Part shown: positions 52,519 to 64,000 of the stretch, piece by piece | Layout of the letters: every line of letters starts with the position of its first letter | How positions within the stretch are numbered: position 1 is the first letter of the stretch | Assembly: GCA_051294375.1 (NCBI GenBank) | Contig: CM119270.1 | Span: forward strand, 10,776,036-10,840,035 | Length of the DNA stretch: 64,000 nt | Source: Paraspadella gotoi | Lineage: Eukaryota; Animalia; Chaetognatha | Direction of reading: 5' to 3' | Program-made: the position numbers and the translations under genes | Notes under the pieces: model-generated | What the model was told of the DNA's origin: nothing | Databases searched by the model: none | Seen by the model: only the letters and a program-made list of their open reading frames with translations

Positions 52519-53490
52519 CAGATCTGCTCAAAAAAAGTTTAAACTTTGAACCCCCTACTATCTCGCTTGTATGTCGTCCTATTAATTAAAATTTGGGTTC
52601 AGTTGAAAGCCAAGACAGATATATTTCATCCGAGCCCATGACGAGGTTTTTAGGCTAAATATTAGAAGCTGTGCTAAAAACAAAAAAAAGATCAAAATTT
52701 TGTTTTACAATTTTTTTTTTTTTGCAAAAATTTTTTTTTTATCCATCTTTGTTTTTGTTTTTTTGTGTTTTTTTACCATGGAAACTTCAAAACAGCTGAT
52801 CCCCCCCAAAAAAGCTGCAATAGTTGAGCTTTGGAAGGGGGATTTGTTAAGATATAGGATCGCCAGACAGTTTTATTTCCCTCTGACAACCATCTGCAGA
52901 GTTGTTAACAAATTTGAAGTAACTGGACACCTTGGACGAGCTGTTAAAGCAGGCGGCCTCGCTTGTCCACCGAGAGTGAGAACGATGACGTGGATAATCT
53001 CGTAATTCAAGATTGTAAGGCTTCTGCAAGCCAGTTGAGAAAACAATGGAGAGAAGAGGAAGTGTTGCCAGTCGTTCAAAAGTGAATGGGCTGCTTTTCA
53101 TGGAGGATAGAGCTTTTGGATACAAAACTAAAACCACTCAAAAATGTCATGAGGAAAATGGAATCGAGGTGCTCAAAGTTGGCCCGGAAACTCACCTGAC
53201 TGCAATTTTATCAAAAATGTTTGGTCAAGGATGAAAAGGGATATTTTACACTATAACGCCATGACAGTCAACAAAATCTAAAAAATTTTAAAATGAATTT
53301 GGGGAGCTGAACCCTTCATATTTGTCCAGCCCTTACAACTCTCTCCCTTATTGCAGGGAGGTGGTGCTGGAAGCAAATAGTGGTCTGACAACGTATTAAC
53401 TAACTGAGTCCTAAAAAGTACTATTTTCCTTCAATTAACGAAATAAAATGCTTTTATCATAACTATTAAAATTTTTTTTGAGCAGATCTG
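52519..53490 (+). mobile_element. Tc1-family DNA transposon, internally deleted (972 bp)
   Basis: TIRs CAGATCTGCTCAAAAAAA at both ends, flanked by TA at 52517-52518 and 53491-53492; transposase remnants inside. Confidence 0.92.
52778..53399 (+). pseudogene. Tc1 transposase pseudogene
   Basis: METSKQLIPPKKAAIVELWKG...IARQF...TICRVVNKFEVTG then (G)RPR (paired-like HTH); after a large deletion LLFMED...GIEVL / WPGNSPDCNFIKNVW and terminal SGLTTY-stop; frameshifted. Confidence 0.88.
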
Positions 53491-53629
53491 TATATTCATG
53501 ATTTCAGTAAAATCTATTTTTAACAAAAATTTTATAATATCAAATGTCAAATATCACCTTTTATGTAAAATTTACATTTTTTTAATTTTTAAATAAACAA
53601 TTATACATTTCTTCCCCTCCTTTTTACAG

Positions 53630-53700
53630 AGACGATCCCAAATGCTACATGTGCCTCGTTATCACTGTCAAACATCCAAACGTCCTTCAGTACAAAGAAA
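53630..53700 (+). CDS. Exon B of the Cys-rich DUF7044/DUF7042-like protein
   Basis: Acceptor cccctcctttttacag|, donor |gtaaga; encodes (K)DDPKCYMCLVITVKHPNVLQYKE(S); phases 2 and 1 fit neighbours. Confidence 0.88.
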
Positions 53701-53801
53701 GTAAGAGATTTATCCTTTACCTTTGTTTACAATTAAATATCTACTCAGCTGGTAGGTACTAATTAAAAATTCCTAAACTTTCTCCCTTTGCTTGTATCCA
53801 G

Positions 53802-53921
53802 GTCACCTCAGCGGCCAAAAAGGTCTCTGCTTCGGGGAAGACGTTACGCGAGACGAAATCAACATTGACGACGTCTGCAAACTCATTCTGGGAGATGCTA
53901 ATCTGTATTCGATGTTCAAAG
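53802..53921 (+). CDS. Exon C of the Cys-rich DUF7044/DUF7042-like protein
   Basis: Acceptor ctttgcttgtatccag|, donor G|gtaagt; encodes (S)HLSGQKGLCFGEDVTRDEINIDDVCKLILGDANLYSMFK; 120 nt, phase 1-1; 101-bp intron upstream. Confidence 0.88.
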
Positions 53922-54644
53922 GTAAGTTCAGAATAATTATGCTGCATCTAAGTCGTTTTTCTGTGTACACGTCTTCTTCTTGTGACAAGATTCTTGTCCA
54001 ATTCAAAAAAGTTTTGACCTTCATTATTTCCTCAGACACAAAACCGGTGATTTCCACCTACCCGGTTTCTACTTACCTTTAACCTCATACTTACCCTTAA
54101 ATTTCCACGATGAAAGGTGCGTAAATCTTAACCCGCGAATTCCCGTCTTTTTATTAATATTCGAATCGCCTCCCGATTTTATGAGATCGATCCCGGATCC
54201 CTTCTCTTCCTCCACGTTTCCCAATCATCTTTGACCTCCATCCTGTGAAGAATAAAAAAAAATCTTGAGGCAATTTATAACAGCACGACCCTACCCGATT
54301 CTTTTTCTCACATTTCAACCTTACCCAACCAACCTTCTCCCACCTGAAGGAGCAATACCATCGTTCGTAAGAAGGCCCCGTCAACTGGAGAAAAAATCCT
54401 CCTTTCTAGCGATCGAGCAGCGACTAAGAGCCCGCGCGACGCCCACCTTGTGCCCACCGGGCACGGTTTGATAATAGCCCCCCCTGTAATTTTTCCTGCC
54501 CCTCCTCTCGACGTTACCCGCCGAGAAATTTGGACGAAACTCACCTGAGAAAAAATAAAAAGGTCGAAAGGTCGAGGGTCGAAAGTGTAAATCGCGGGAG
54601 GAGGGAAATCGTAAAACGTCGCCGATCGTCAAATGTCGACGAGG

Positions 54645-54975
54645 AAAGGATGGAGGAAAAGATGGAGGAGGAAGGGATGGAGGAAAAGATGGAGTAGGAA
54701 AAGATGAAGGAGAAGATGGAGGAGGAAAGGATGGAGGAAAAGATGGAGGAGGAAAGGATGGAAGAAAAGATGGAGGAGGAAAGGATGGCGGAAAAGATGG
54801 AGGAGGAGAGGATAGAGGAAAGGATATAAAAGAAAATGAAATCAAAAGATGAAGGAGAAGATCGAGGAGGAACGGATGGAGGAGGAGAGGATGGAGGAAA
54901 AGATGGAGGAGGAGAGGATGGAGGAAAAGATGGAGGAGGAGAGGATGGAGGAAAGGATATAAAAGAAAATGAAAT
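54645..54975. repeat. Purine-rich minisatellite, unit about GATGGAGGAGGAAAGGATGGAGGAAAA
   Basis: About 10 degenerate units in two blocks, each ending ggatataaaagaaaatgaaat. Confidence 0.85.
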
Positions 54976-56248
54976 GAAAACAGGAAAGGAGGAAAAAGAA
55001 TAGAGAAGAGAGCAAAGACGAAAAAAAAAGAGGTATAACGTAGTAAGGAAAACCAAGGACTAAAAAATGACAGTCTCTTCTCGCTACTTAGGATTTACTC
55101 TAAACTCTTATCTTTTCGTCTTTTCCTTTCTTTCATTCCCAAACTCTCTTCCTTACATCCTCCTAAACCTATCTATTCCCTTCACTTTTCTCCTCTCTTC
55201 TCCCGTAAGCGATGAAGAAAGGTGAGGTTTTGGCGGGTCACGGTCGAGGGAAGGAATACGTTCGATGGCGACGTCCTTATTGCCTACGGAAGAGGTTTAG
55301 GGACAGTTTGACGATGAGGAATTGGTAGAAGCGGAATTGGTGGAAGCGGGAGAAGCGGAAGCAGTATTGGTAGAAGCGGATTTCATGGAAGCGTGAGAAG
55401 CGGAAGCGGTGGATGTGAGATAAAAGGAAAGAGAATGAATGAGAGGAGCGGAAAGAAAATTAGGAAAACAAAGGTTAAACTAGAAATTTAAATGGAATCG
55501 GGAAATTTTAACGTAACGCAAGGAAAGATAAATTAATAGCCAGCGTCTCACAAAATCAAATCAGAACCAACATCGAGGAACGTAATGTCAAATATAAAAT
55601 TATAAAAAGTTAAATTTTAATTAAGAAACGAAAATAATTAATGGGAGGAAACAAAATTAAAAGATAACAGAATTAATAAGAAGATAAGGCGGAAGTAAGA
55701 GAGTGAATGAAGGGAATTCTGTCAGGGACCGAATCTCTCGCGCGCAACGGAAACTCAAGGTTGTTTCTTCCGGCGCAGTTCCATTCACCGAGAGTTCGAT
55801 TCACTTTCCATTCACCCATCGTGAGTATCTCGGTGTCGGTATAGAAAATATTCAAAACTAATACTTTTCATACAAAACATTTTTTACATATTTTACATTT
55901 TTTTTAAACATTTTTTACATTCTACAAGAACTGGCGTACACTCGCCATGTCCATCGCGGTTCCCATTGTACGTGGAGGGCGTACTGTATGTATTTTCCAG
56001 GCTGGGGATCTTGTATTGTTTCAATCGCAGTCAGTGTCCCGGGCAAAATCTCCTGCGTGTAGGTGAAGGTCATAATCCGTGTACGCTCCAACGCCCTCGC
56101 CTTCGTACGGACAGACGGACGTCGTAACGCGTCGTACGTGGCGGCGATTTTTCGCGGGAAAAACCTCGGAACCTTTTAACCTTCCAAAATATTATGGTCC
56201 CTCGTAAAGAAGGGGGAATCTGAATTCGGCCCTACTATGGAGGGGAGA

Positions 56249-56310
<62 letters not shown>

Positions 56311-57048
56311 AGTGTGTGTGTGTGTATGGATGACAAGTAGAAGGGAAATAAAATGAAGAGGATTGAGGAGAAAAGGGCTGGAGCAAAGTTACTTAGGGAA
56401 AAGAGTCAGAAGAAAACAGTGAGGGTTGGGAGGAAAGAAATAAAAAGAATATTTGAATAGCGGGAGGGAGATATATTTGATGGGAGGGAGGCAGAAAGAG
56501 AGCGAGATGACATTAAATGGGATAAAACTAAGATTAGTAATATGAAAAAGGAATTTTAATTGGTATAGAGGATGAAGATAAGTAATTGCACAAAAAATGA
56601 GAGGCGATAAAGATATGGAAGGAGAAAGAAGGGAAGAAAAATTGCGAGAAAGTAAAACCAAATAATAGAATGAATTGTTTTTGATTTTCTTTTTTTTTAG
56701 AGTGAGGTGGCGAATACCCATAGGAAAAACGACGGTTGCGGCGGCGGCTGCGTTGAACTCACCCTTTCCACTTCTGAGGGTGAGAAGTTTAAACGTTGGC
56801 CGTAACCCAAGGAGGAATTTCAGTCTAAAGTCGGTTCGATGTAATTTCTTACGAGAATGTTGTTAACATTTTTGTGAATAAGATGTAAAAATACGGAGTT
56901 CATACTCAATCGCTGTTTCCGTCAAATCACCCATCCTTCCAAAATCTTATATATCCCGTTTGCCGTCATATTTCCAGTTTTATTTTATTCACGACGGTAA
57001 AGGTTTCATAATTATGGTCTTCGTCGTCGCAGTTATCGTCACCATTTT

Positions 57049-57093
<45 letters not shown>

Positions 57094-58280
57094 AGATTTT
57101 CAGTTCCTGACCCAGTTTCGATTCCGTCCCTTGGAGACGGTGAGAGTTTTCCGCCGTGAACGTGAAAGAAAACATCGCTGCGAAGATGAATGGATTTGAA
57201 GCGGTGAGAGCTGCTTCGAGCGAATCCCGCGAAAATGAATAGAGTCAGCGAGTTAAATATGAATAAAATGAATAAAAGATTTTAATAACCTAAAAATAAA
57301 TGAAAATTCAATGAAAAATATGAATAAAATAAGTTTCTTGATTTTGTTCATGATTTTGGCATTGAGTTTTTGGAGAAAAGGAATTACTGGCCATTTCAAA
57401 AGTACTATTATTAAAGTATTATTATTATCATCATCATCATAATCATCACCATCACCATCTCCATTGACGTTTTCACCAGCATAATCCCCTCCTCTTAACT
57501 TCCTCCGTCCCCCGGTCAGTGTCTCAGTCACCATGGCAACGCAGAGAATCCATTGTTGTCGGATGATAGTTTCACCTAACGACACCCAAAGGGCTGAAAG
57601 GGAAAAAAATGGAAAAATAGAGGGGGAAAGGGCAGTGAAGAAAAAATGACACGAACGGGAAATGGCAAAAATGGACGAAAAGGTCAAAAATCATATGAGA
57701 GTGACAAAACGACTAAAAAATTTTAGAAAAATTAGTAAAATACCATGATAAAAATATAAACAAAAACGGAAAACGATTAAAAACAAGATTAACAGAATAA
57801 GGGGAAAAAAAATAAAAGAACAAAAAAAATATCAGATCATTTTTGACCAGTATTACTAGACAAAGTAGAATAGTTTTTGTTTTCTTTTTACAACGTTTTA
57901 TAAAGTAAAAAGAAAACAAAAACTCCTCAACTTTTTCTACTAATTTCGAAACAACGAAATGAATGGAAATTATCCCACCAGTATTACTAAAATATAAACG
58001 TCACGGGAAAAATAAGAGATATAATTTTAAAAAAAAAATTTAATTAAGTAAAACGTTTGAACTTAGTAAACGGTTTATATGAACTAATATGAAGACGTTC
58101 AAAGACAAAAAAACAAGAGAAGAAAAGAAGGAAAAAAATAAAATTATCAAGAAAAAGAGGAGGAAAGAGAAGAAAAGTGGGTCTCTGGGCGAGAAAAAAT
58201 CTTTTTCCGTAATTCATTCCATCGGCAGTTATTCGCTGGCTTCTGTGATGGAGAACGCCTCTCGGACAAAAACTATGGCT

Positions 58281-58338
<58 letters not shown>

Positions 58339-58605
58339 GAAGACAGAGAGAGTAAAAAGTCCATTTGGCTTCTCTGTCATGGACTGCCCCTTGCTTACAG
58401 TTACCAACTTATCAGTTCCCTTCATGTGGCTTTCTTCCAACAACAGACGACCAATTAACAGGAAAACTTGCTTTGAGGTTTGAGCTCTTAAAGCCCTGAG
58501 CTCTTCTTCTGTGGGGAAAACTTGTTACCTCTTACCAATTCCAAATATATATAAACTTCCATTCACCCATTCACGTCAGGAAACTTACCCCGATCCTTTC
58601 CGCAG

Positions 58606-58776
58606 AGACCTCCTCCGCCATCCCCTGTCCCTTCAAACCGCCTTACCAATTCACCTACGACGACGGCTACCAAGTCTGCGACAACCGGGACTCCAGGATC
58701 GACTCTTGCGCAGACGACACCAAAGTCATCTTCAGGCAAAAGTCTTGTCCGGATTGGAAGGAGCAGCCGCCGCACG
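58606..58776 (+). CDS. Exon D of the Cys-rich DUF7044/DUF7042-like protein
   Basis: Acceptor cctttccgcag|, donor G|gtgagt; encodes (E)TSSAIPCPFKPPYQFTYDDGYQVCDNRDSRIDSCADDTKVIFRQKSCPDWKEQPPH; 171 nt, phase 1-1, C-rich third positions. Confidence 0.9.
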
Positions 58777-59492
58777 GTGAGTGAGGAGGGAAGGGTGAAA
58801 GGGGCGGGAAAGGGGGGAGTTGGGGTTGGGGAGGTGTTGAGAAGGGTTTTTTGGTGGTTGATGTTGGACTGAGGCGAAGACAATGCTACTTAAACTGACA
58901 GTCGGACACAATGTCACATTTTCTTAAAAAAGCCGTGCGCCTCTATCTTCGATTAAAAAAAAAAATGTCGTGGAAAAGATAGGGAAAAAAAAACTTGGTT
59001 AAGCGAAGACCATTAAGGGCGGGTAATATCTCACCCAAGACTCGACCGTCGTTGGCGAGATGGACGGGAAAAAATGGCGGATTCTATGGTGGCTCATTAT
59101 TAATTTTTTTTTTGTTTCTTTCGTTGTTTCTATTTAAATGATCTCGATTTCCCTCTCTGAGGTTTTTTTATTATTTTACCATAATATTTATTTTCAAAAC
59201 TTTCATATATACTCGCTTTCTTGCATCTGAAACATAAAACAAGCAAAGTCGAACGGATTTTAAGTGACACTTCAACATACAACCCTTTTAATTGGCAGCA
59301 TTGGCGAAAATAATGAAGAAAAGGGGTATGAGGTATGAGGCAGCCATAAAATAACGAATAAAAGGGGTATGAGGTATGAGGCATGAGGTATGAGCCATAA
59401 ACGCCATCTCGTTTTTCACTCATAAAGTTGATCTCATTCTCTCTTTCCTATCGAACTTTTTTCTTCTGAAAAAATTCATTTTCCTGAGTAGT

Positions 59493-59855
59493 TTTTCATC
59501 TCTAAAAGGCCATCCTGCCTTCTTTTCATCTCTAAAAGGCCATCCTGCCTTCTTTTCATCTCTAAAAGGCCATCCTGCCTTCTTTTCATCTCTAAAAGAC
59601 CATCCTGCCTTGTTTTCATCTCTAAAAGGCCATCCTGCCTTTTTTTTTCATCTCTAAAAGGCCATCCTTCCCTCTTTTTCATCTCTAAAAGACCATCCTG
59701 CCTTCTTTGCATCTCTAAAAGCCATTCTGCCTTCTTTTCATCTCTAAAAGGCCATCCTACCCTCTTTTCATCTCTAAAAGGCCATCCTACCCTCTTTTCA
59801 TCTCTAAAAGGGCCATCCTGCCTTCTTTTCATCTCTAAAAGGCCATTCTGCCTTC
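59493..59855. repeat. 30-bp minisatellite, about 12 copies
   Basis: Unit TTTTCATCTCTAAAAGGCCATCCTGCCTTC repeated head-to-tail without spacers. Confidence 0.95.
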
Positions 59856-60203
59856 TATTGAGAAACCTTTCTTAGGTTTATTAGTTTCTCATTTTTTCTC
59901 CTTTTTCACATTAGTTTTATAATCATCATCGTATGATTTGGTTTTCGTCGTCATTACTCATGTAAGCATTTTTTTTTTTTTTTGGCCCACCCAACATATT
60001 TTATTTGTTTCCTCTCAAACCCATCCCCGTCCTACGTCCCGCCGAAAAAAAATACCGCCATTTTTTTTATATCGTAGGAGTTTACTATACTAGTAGCACA
60101 TTCTTTTCTGCCGATTTTGGTGCGTACATTTGCATTAGTTTAAACTTGAATGTCCTGTAGTAAGCATAACCCGTCTCGGTTCGGCTTTAACTGTCAGCTC
60201 ATT

Positions 60204-60251
<48 letters not shown>

Positions 60252-61734
60252 CATTTCCCCCCCCAACCTCTGCTTTCACTAACAACTAAAGCGGCTATAG
60301 AATTTGGCAGATTTGAAGCCCCACTTTCCGAGTCTCCCCCACCCCAGCCCTCCACTTCATCCATCTTAGGATTGCTTTTCTCCCATTTTTCATCTTTATT
60401 CTCTTTTCGTTAAATTACATTAGTAGAATTCCATCTACTTCTCTCTATAAGTAAAAAAGATAACCGGAGACAGATAATATGTTCATGTGTCGAGTTGTCA
60501 TTTATGCATAATAGTTTGGTTGTAAAATATGAATAGCGTAAATCTATTTAAATATTCGTGTGAAGAATAATAGTTTCATACATTAACTTTCTCTACTTAA
60601 TCCGTTGGTTTCATATTTCCAGTGGTGATGGATAAAAAAAGCGTTTTGCGTTCAGAGCCTGTTCTCGTGATAGCTTTTAACCATGGTGATCGCGCTATAT
60701 TTTTTTCAGCTCGTCTTCTTACAAAACAAATATCATTTATTCTCCTGTCAATTGTATGAACGAACATTGACATTTTTTAGTTTGATTCATTATTTCTTTC
60801 TCATAAAAAACGTAAAATATTAAACGTAAAACCGAAAGAAGGAAGAGGAGGGAAATATAGAAGAGGAAGAGGAGTCATAAAAGGAGCAGGAGGAGCTTTT
60901 TCATTTCCCGTCTCTTTTCTTGGATAAAAGAACAAAAGAACAAAAGAAAGAAAAAAAAAGAACGAAAAATAGAAGGAAAAAAGAAGAGAAAGAAAAAAAC
61001 GAATTAAAAAGAAAAAAAAATTAAACAAAAGGGAAACGAAGTTGCAAACTATTAATAAACGAGACGGTATTGCTGTTGCAAAAGAGAACGACCGTTATAA
61101 CGACGACGAAAACGACGGCATTGATGATGACGAAGACGACAACGCTCTAACGACTATGACAACGACCGAACGACCTCTTCGTCAATAAAAAGACGACGAC
61201 GAAAACGACAACGACAACGACGATGTCGTCTCACGCGCTATAGTCTTTCATTTCGGAGCGAGGCTTAACAATTTTTCGAACTGATTCTCTTTGACGTCAA
61301 TTGCGCCTCGTTTGACGTTATTCATCCGCCCCGTTCGACGTCCGAAAGCGTCACCGATGACGTTCATCCGGCCGTTTTGTCGTCGTTGTTTTCCACGCGT
61401 GGCGTGGCTTCGTTCAAGCGTCATTGTCGTCGGCGTCACCAGCGTCGACGGGTGAACAAAAGAACAAAGCTACGCGCGAAAATCATTCGAACGACGAAAC
61501 TTTTGAAAGGACTTGGAAGTGCGCCCCTTGTGGCTGTACTTAATTCGCTGCTCTATGGCAGACGACTCCTGTATGGAGCTGCCCACGCGACTTGTCCACG
61601 AGTCAAAAAAACTTTGTTTACTCTCCTTATCTTTTAACTTTCGATGGCTCAATCTGGCGCCGACAGTTTACCACCTCCTTACCTACCAGCTCCAACACTA
61701 ACGCAAGTCTCTCTCTCATCTCTCTCTCTCTCTT

Positions 61735-61793
<59 letters not shown>

Positions 61794-62759
61794 TCTCCTC
61801 TCTCTTCTCTCTTCTCTCTCCTTTCTCGTCGTTATTTCCTTCTTTTCTCTCTCCTTCTTTCTTCACTCCTCTCCTTCTCGCCTCCCGTCGACGGCGAAAG
61901 AGGGATTAATTGAAAGAGCGAAGAGTTTCATTCAAAATTCAGCGACGACTCGGGGAGGAAAGGGGGGGGCGGTGGCGAAGCAAATGGTGGGTTAATTCCC
62001 AGGTCGGGGGCAGAAGCAAACTATGAGAGGCAGCTATAGATTTTAAGCAAATAAGGAGTCTGGCAACATAATGGGACAGTGGTATAACGCGGGGAAGAAA
62101 ATAACTAGAGGAGAAAAACTAAAGTAGTTTGGTGAGGAATTTAGGTTGGTTTCTTGGTGACAAGAAAGGTTGGTTATCTGTCGTCGATTCTATGCGGAAG
62201 GAATTGGAAGGAAAAGAAGGTAAACAAAAACGTTTTACTCTGACCTGGATGATGAGGAAATTAGAATTCGAGTTTGAATCAAAGCCCAAGTCTTTTTCTG
62301 TTAAGGCTCGAATTGAGTTTCTCTATAAAGCAAATCCTCATTGATTCCATTGTCGACCTCAATCGGTGAACGTCAACGACGATCACGGATTTCACAAAAA
62401 CAAATTTAAAAAAAGTTAAACAAAAGATCCTTTCTACGGCGTTGTAGTATAGACAAACACTTTTTTCGAAAGGTAAGTTAAGTTTGTTAAGTTCTGTTGT
62501 GGAAGGTTGGTTTTGTGTTTCGTCTGTTTTTAATATTTAATATTAATATTAATATATAATAAGCTATCTTGCCGCTGACTTTGGGCAGGCTTTGGTGCTT
62601 TAAGGCCTCCATCACTCTTACAAGATAATGACAGATATTTTACTTTGCGTTGGTATTAATCTTAAGCTACTGTTTCGTAGCTTTGAGTTGACTGGCTAAG
62701 TTTGGCAAGTTTGACTGTTGGTATCCAATTTAAAATTGGCAACGAGCGACCCAAAACTT

Positions 62760-64000
62760 TTTAGTCTGAACCCAGCTCCCCCCGGGCCCAAGCCCGTCCG
62801 TACCGAGCGCGAGCAGACAAAGCTTTTCGACTCTCAGACTCAGTTTCAGCAATTAGTATGTCGATCGCATTCTCCCAGTCGAAAATGAGAGAGAATGAGA
62901 GCTCTAAAACCGGTTTCAAGTAAAATTAAAAATATTCCTCCTAGTCCTATCAGTCTCTCGCACTAGCTCCTCACTCCGCGCTACTGAATAATATTATTCC
63001 TAGGTAATCTAACTACAACTGCTCTTAAGAATAAAAGCTTCCTAATACGATTGTAAAAGTGAGACTAAGCTAGTATACATCTGACGGCATTACTGCATTA
63101 CTATGTCTCTGCGCCTAACTTATTTAAAACCACCTCTTGTGAGTAAAAACCTACATAATCTTACACCATATAGAATAGTTGCATCTTGCTATGGATGATT
63201 TAATATATTTTCTGTTAAGATGCATGACAGCCAGATAAATTTAAATTACCAGACATAAATTAACACATCCTTTCAGCGACTGCTACCCACTTGACACTAT
63301 GAAGCACATAGTAAGATAGGGGTCTGTGACAGCAGATAAGAGAAATTTCATCACAGACCCATCGCCTACCACCTGATATTCCACTAACACTATGAATCCA
63401 TAGTTAATAATGTGTGGAACGAAAGCAAATGCATTAGTCCAATATTCATAATCTCAATATTCCAAAAGGCCTACGCCTACACACACTGTAACCCCCACAC
63501 TAATAGAAATACATGCAAGCATTAAAACTGATAGCCCAATAAAGGCTAAGGCCCTGCGAGAAAACAGATTCCAGAAAGAATTAGATGTTTATACATCATC
63601 AAGGCCCATACGTCTACCCACTGTTAACACCACTACACTTTATCTCAAAGCATACAAACAAGATAGCTCCAAGGATATAAGAGCTACGAGGTTTGCTAAA
63701 TAGAAGTTGATGCAAGACAAACATGCCAAAAACAAAATTTCATTCATATTGGGCACGTCCGTGGGGCGTAGCCCGACTGCTAACCACTACACACTATTGT
63801 AAGCCTTTAGGTAAGGGTGATGGACAGCAGGAACAATTTACAATTACGAGCCCATCTCTTGAGCTACACCACCAGATAATTCCAGCTACGCGCGGGAACA
63901 TTCTGTCCTATGATCGCCCATCACCGTAAGTGGACAAAGCCTCAGGAAATTGAAGATTTGCATTCATCAGCCTCTTGCTAACCCACCTGCTCAAATCCAC
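62760..64000. other. High-complexity, microsatellite-free segment; possibly a decayed transposable element running off the window
   Basis: Compositional shift to A/C-rich complex sequence with broken reading frames; no diagnostic motif recognised. Confidence 0.25.

Noticed and set aside
59493-59855. CRISPR-like array or repetitive ORF 59476-59832
   Set aside because: 30-bp units are contiguous with no unique spacers, context is eukaryotic and there are no cas genes; the ORF is a by-product of the unit length.
473-62344. Many ORFs rich in ER/RE, SL/LS, poly-R or poly-G
   Set aside because: Translations of (GA)n, (TC)n, (CCG)n, (GTC)n or N-runs; no coding signal.

Overview
AT-rich, (GA/TC)n-microsatellite-dense invertebrate (metazoan) nuclear DNA from a noisy draft assembly. 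It has nine N-gaps, five of them exactly 25 N, and several indel-rich redundant blocks. The one clear host gene lies on the + strand. Four phase-compatible exons (6407-6554, 53630-53700, 53802-53921, 58606-58776) splice into a ~170-aa cysteine-rich peptide resembling the uncharacterised invertebrate DUF7044/DUF7042-repeat (LP06548p-like) family; most of the window is its introns. Intron contents: a decayed CsRn1-type Ty3/Gypsy gag-PR-RT, an internally deleted Tc1 element with TIRs and TA TSD, a Helitron-like non-autonomous repeat, and minisatellites. There are also two large fold-back inverted duplications that both pivot on GA/TC tracts (centres ~6360 and ~42975). Comparing the arms of the larger palindrome exposes two presence/absence insertions: a 247-bp TSD-flanked inverted repeat carrying minimal hammerhead-ribozyme motifs (Penelope-like pLTR), and a 1.6-kb segment with imperfect terminal inverted repeats inside a (TC)n tract. 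Much of the large-scale duplication is probably a gap-filling artefact. I found no convincing wholly new system.
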